DNA of 29,132 nt from a virus (taxonomy: Duplodnaviria > Caudoviricetes), in the IMG/VR virus record IMGVR_UViG_3300031260_000134, positions 1 through 29,132 of that record; one strand, 5' to 3'. The notes below the pieces were generated by a model that was not told where the DNA came from, did not search any database, and worked only from the letters and a program-made list of their open reading frames with translations. The position numbers were made by a program, and so were the translations under genes. Shown piece by piece: positions 26,658 to 29,132 of this stretch (positions are counted from its first letter, which is position 1; each line of letters begins with the position of its first letter).

Positions 26658-27734
26658 ATGTCCGACACCACGACCCATCTGCTGCTGCCCTACATCCTCG
26701 CGGCGCAGGCCCAGAAGCATGTCACCCATAACGAGGCGCTGCGCATCCTCGACGGGTTGGTGCAACTCTCCGTCAAGGATCGGGATCTGACCGCGCCGCC
26801 GGCATCGCCCGCCGACGGCGATCGCTACATTGTCGCCTCGGGCGCGACCGGCGACTGGGCTGGCTGGGACCTGAACGTGGCGCTCTGGACCGACGGCGCC
26901 TGGCTCCGCCTGCCGCCGCGCGCGGGCTGGCGGGCGTGGATCGAGGACGAGGGTGTGCTGCTCGTCCACGACGGCGCGGACTGGATCGGTACTACGCCAA
27001 ACGCGCTGCAGAACATGGCGCTGCTGGGCGTCGGCACGACGGCGGATGCGTCGAACCCGTTCTCGGCCAAGCTGAACGCCGCGCTCTGGACCGCGAAGTC
27101 CGTGGCCGAGGGAGGCACCGGCGATCTGTTCTACACCATGAACAAGGAGGCCGCGGGCGACGATCTCGGCCTCACGCTGCAGACCGGTTTTTCTACCCGC
27201 GCGCTGCTGGGCCTCTTCGGCTCCGACCGGCTCCGGCTTGCGGTCTCGCCCGATGGCAGCAGCTTCTTCGATGGGCTGATCGTCGACAACGCCACCGGTA
27301 TCGTCGACCAGCCCCGGCTGCCACGGTTCAAGGCCTGGACCAACTACGACAACTATGTCGGCGTCGGCACCTGGACGAAGATCGGCATCAACAACACCGA
27401 GTATAACGATCAGGGCGCGTTCGACGCCGTCAACAACCGCCTCATAGCCCCCGCCTCCGGCACCTACCTCTTCGGCGCGTCGCTGCTCTACAAGATCAAC
27501 GCCAGCGCCTCGGCCCGAATGCGCGGGCGGCTCGTGCTGAACGGCACGAGCGAGATCCGCGGATCCTTCGGCGAAATCAGCGGCGCGCATGTCTCCGGGG
27601 CGACCGCGCTCTGGCTGCAAACCATGGCGGTGCTGCAGCAAGGCGATACCGTCGAGTTGCAAGGGTATTTCCGCGCGCAGGACGGTTATTTCGCGGCCGG
27701 GCACACCAGCTTCTGGGGGGCGAAGATCGGATGA
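26658..27734 (+). CDS. DUF2793 tail fibre/spike protein with C1q-like C-terminal domain
   Basis: LPYILAAQAQKHVTHNEAL; C-terminal APASGTYLF...LQQGDTVEL...TSFWG. Confidence 0.88.
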   Translation: MSDTTTHLLLPYILAAQAQKHVTHNEALRILDGLVQLSVKDRDLTAPPASPADGDRYIVASGATGDWAGWDLNVALWTDGAWLRLPPRAGWRAWIEDEGVLLVHDGADWIGTTPNALQNMALLGVGTTADASNPFSAKLNAALWTAKSVAEGGTGDLFYTMNKEAAGDDLGLTLQTGFSTRALLGLFGSDRLRLAVSPDGSSFFDGLIVDNATGIVDQPRLPRFKAWTNYDNYVGVGTWTKIGINNTEYNDQGAFDAVNNRLIAPASGTYLFGASLLYKINASASARMRGRLVLNGTSEIRGSFGEISGAHVSGATALWLQTMAVLQQGDTVELQGYFRAQDGYFAAGHTSFWGAKIG

Positions 27735-28039
27735 GCAACCGGCACACAGTCGTCGAGCAGGTCGCGCAGGCCTTGCGCGATCACGGCCTCACGGCGGCCA
27801 TCGGCGTCTGGTTCACCGTCATCGCCGGGCTGGCGAGCGCCGTGACGCGCAAGGCGTTCACCAACGAGGCGCTGCTGCACAAGCTCGAGCAGGAACTGGC
27901 CGAGGAACGCACCCGCATCGAGAAGCGCCGCGACGAGGATCGCAAGATCGATCACGACCGGCTCGCGCGCATCGAGCGCGATATCCACGACATGCGCAAC
28001 CTGATCTTCGCCGCCTTCCAGCGCAAGAACGGCGACTGA
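27731..28039 (+). CDS. Small single-TM protein with coiled coil, putative holin
   Basis: One hydrophobic segment then a charged coiled coil; directly upstream of the endolysin. Confidence 0.55.
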   Translation: MSNRHTVVEQVAQALRDHGLTAAIGVWFTVIAGLASAVTRKAFTNEALLHKLEQELAEERTRIEKRRDEDRKIDHDRLARIERDIHDMRNLIFAAFQRKNGD

Positions 28040-28194
28040 CGCGCGAGGGCGGCGCAACGCAGCGCGCGCAGGCCGCATCGTGCGGCAAGCCGACGCTGGC
28101 AGGCTCACTCCCCCTGCAATCCTGACCCCACCGACCGCGCCCCAACTTGGCGGCGGCCCATTCCGCATGCCCTTCCACCCCAAGGAGACGCCCC

Positions 28195-28875
28195 ATGTCC
28201 GACCCCATCCGCACCTTCCGCCATCACCGCGACGTGCCCGAGCACCTCTGGCGCTGGAAAAACTTCTCGCCCGCCGAGATCGCCTGCCGCGGCTCCGGCC
28301 AGCTCAAGCTGCACCCCGAGGCCCTCGACAAGCTGCAGGCGCTGCGCGACCGGCTCGGCAAGCCGCTGATCGTCCGCTCGGCCTATCGCTCGCCCGAGCA
28401 CAACCGCGCGGTCGGCGGCGCGCCGCGCTCGAAGCACATGGACGGCACGGCGTTTGATATCGCCATGTCGAACCACGACCCCGCCGCCTTCGAGGCAGCG
28501 GCGCGCGCGGTGGGATTCCTCGGCTTCGGCTTCTACCCGCGCTCGGGCTTCATCCATATCGACCTCGGCCCCGCGCGTCAGTGGGGTGAGCGCTTCCCGC
28601 CGCGTGCGGCACCTTTTGCCGCTGAGACCCCGCCCGCGCGCGAGGCCATCGCGCAAAGCCGCACGCTGCGCGGCACGGGCGCGGCCGGGGTGGCGACGGT
28701 GGGGGCCGCCGGGATCGAGGTCGCGCAGGAGGTTCTGGCCGAGGCGCAGGGCGCGCTCCTGCCGCTGGTGCCGTATCTGGACACCCTTCGCTGGGTGTTC
28801 ATCGCGCTGGCGCTGGGCGGGATCGCGGTGGCCGTCTGGGCCCGGCTCGACGACTGGAAGCGGGGCCTGCGCTGA
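28195..28875 (+). CDS. Peptidase M15-family endolysin with C-terminal hydrophobic segments
   Basis: AAGGAG RBS; SAYRSPEHN, SKHMDGTAFDI (H-x6-D), FIHID. Confidence 0.85.
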   Translation: MSDPIRTFRHHRDVPEHLWRWKNFSPAEIACRGSGQLKLHPEALDKLQALRDRLGKPLIVRSAYRSPEHNRAVGGAPRSKHMDGTAFDIAMSNHDPAAFEAAARAVGFLGFGFYPRSGFIHIDLGPARQWGERFPPRAAPFAAETPPAREAIAQSRTLRGTGAAGVATVGAAGIEVAQEVLAEAQGALLPLVPYLDTLRWVFIALALGGIAVAVWARLDDWKRGLR

Positions 28876-29132
28876 TGTGGGCCAGCCTCGCGGCCGGCAT
28901 CCTTGCCCGGCCATGGGCGCGGCGGGTGGCTGCCATCGCCCTCGTCGCGCTCACGATCACGCTGTTTCTGATCAACCTCCGCCGCACCGCCGAGCGCGCG
29001 GGCCGCGCCGCCGAACGGTTTGAGCAACTGGAGCGCAACGATGCCATCCACCGCCAGATGCTGCTTGTGGCCGCGCGCCGCCCTCGCAGCCGCGACGATC
29101 TTCTTGACCGGTTGCACGACGGCGGGTTCTGA
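28875..29132 (+). CDS. Membrane-anchored coiled-coil lysis accessory protein (i-spanin-like)
   Basis: TGATG coupling to endolysin; N-terminal TM then helical region. Confidence 0.55.
   Translation: MWASLAAGILARPWARRVAAIALVALTITLFLINLRRTAERAGRAAERFEQLERNDAIHRQMLLVAARRPRSRDDLLDRLHDGGF

Larger units (their letters stand above)
1..29132 (+). mobile_element. Prophage/temperate phage late region (lambda-like head, RcGTA-like tail tip); extends beyond the window
   Basis: Co-oriented terminase-portal-protease-capsid-tail-lysis gene order with overlapping start/stop codons; no integrase or att site inside the window. Confidence 0.95.

Noticed and set aside
1836-27704. Many long antisense or off-frame ORFs (e.g. 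1836-3020, 7457-8518, 10115-11170, 26637-27704)
   Set aside because: Expected shadows of high-GC coding sequence; unlike 3537-4349 they carry no recognisable motif
1-29132. Interpretation as a gene transfer agent cluster
   Set aside because: Lambda-type head genes, cos-like site, methyltransferases, long tape measure and linked lysis genes indicate a true phage

Overview
A GC-rich, almost entirely plus-strand late region of a temperate siphovirus-type (pro)phage, most likely from an alphaproteobacterium (Rhodobacteraceae-like, inferred from gene content). Order: small early/regulatory ORFs, a 520-bp non-coding region with a lambda cos-like sequence and a cluster of 9-bp repeats, two DNA methyltransferases, small ORFs, a lambda-like head module (terS, terL, gpW-like, portal, ClpP-type protease/scaffold, decoration protein, major capsid), neck and tail genes, an RcGTA-like tail tip module (DUF2460, DUF2163, NlpC/P60, megatron, DUF2793) and a lysis cassette. 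Main points of interest: (1) three copies of a 48-nt covarying palindromic element (GTGAGG...CCAGTGG...CGAACG) that preserves reading frame; (2) two of those copies sit in duplicated 3' ends of tail genes whose working copy has been recoded; (3) a C5 methyltransferase with a second protein nested in another frame that supplies motif IX; (4) a clear -1 frameshift signal in the tail chaperone; (5) accessory genes (a Cys-rich nucleotidyltransferase-like protein and a SEC-C protein) and a lectin-like domain inserted in the megatron. All family assignments come from motif recognition and synteny, not database searches.
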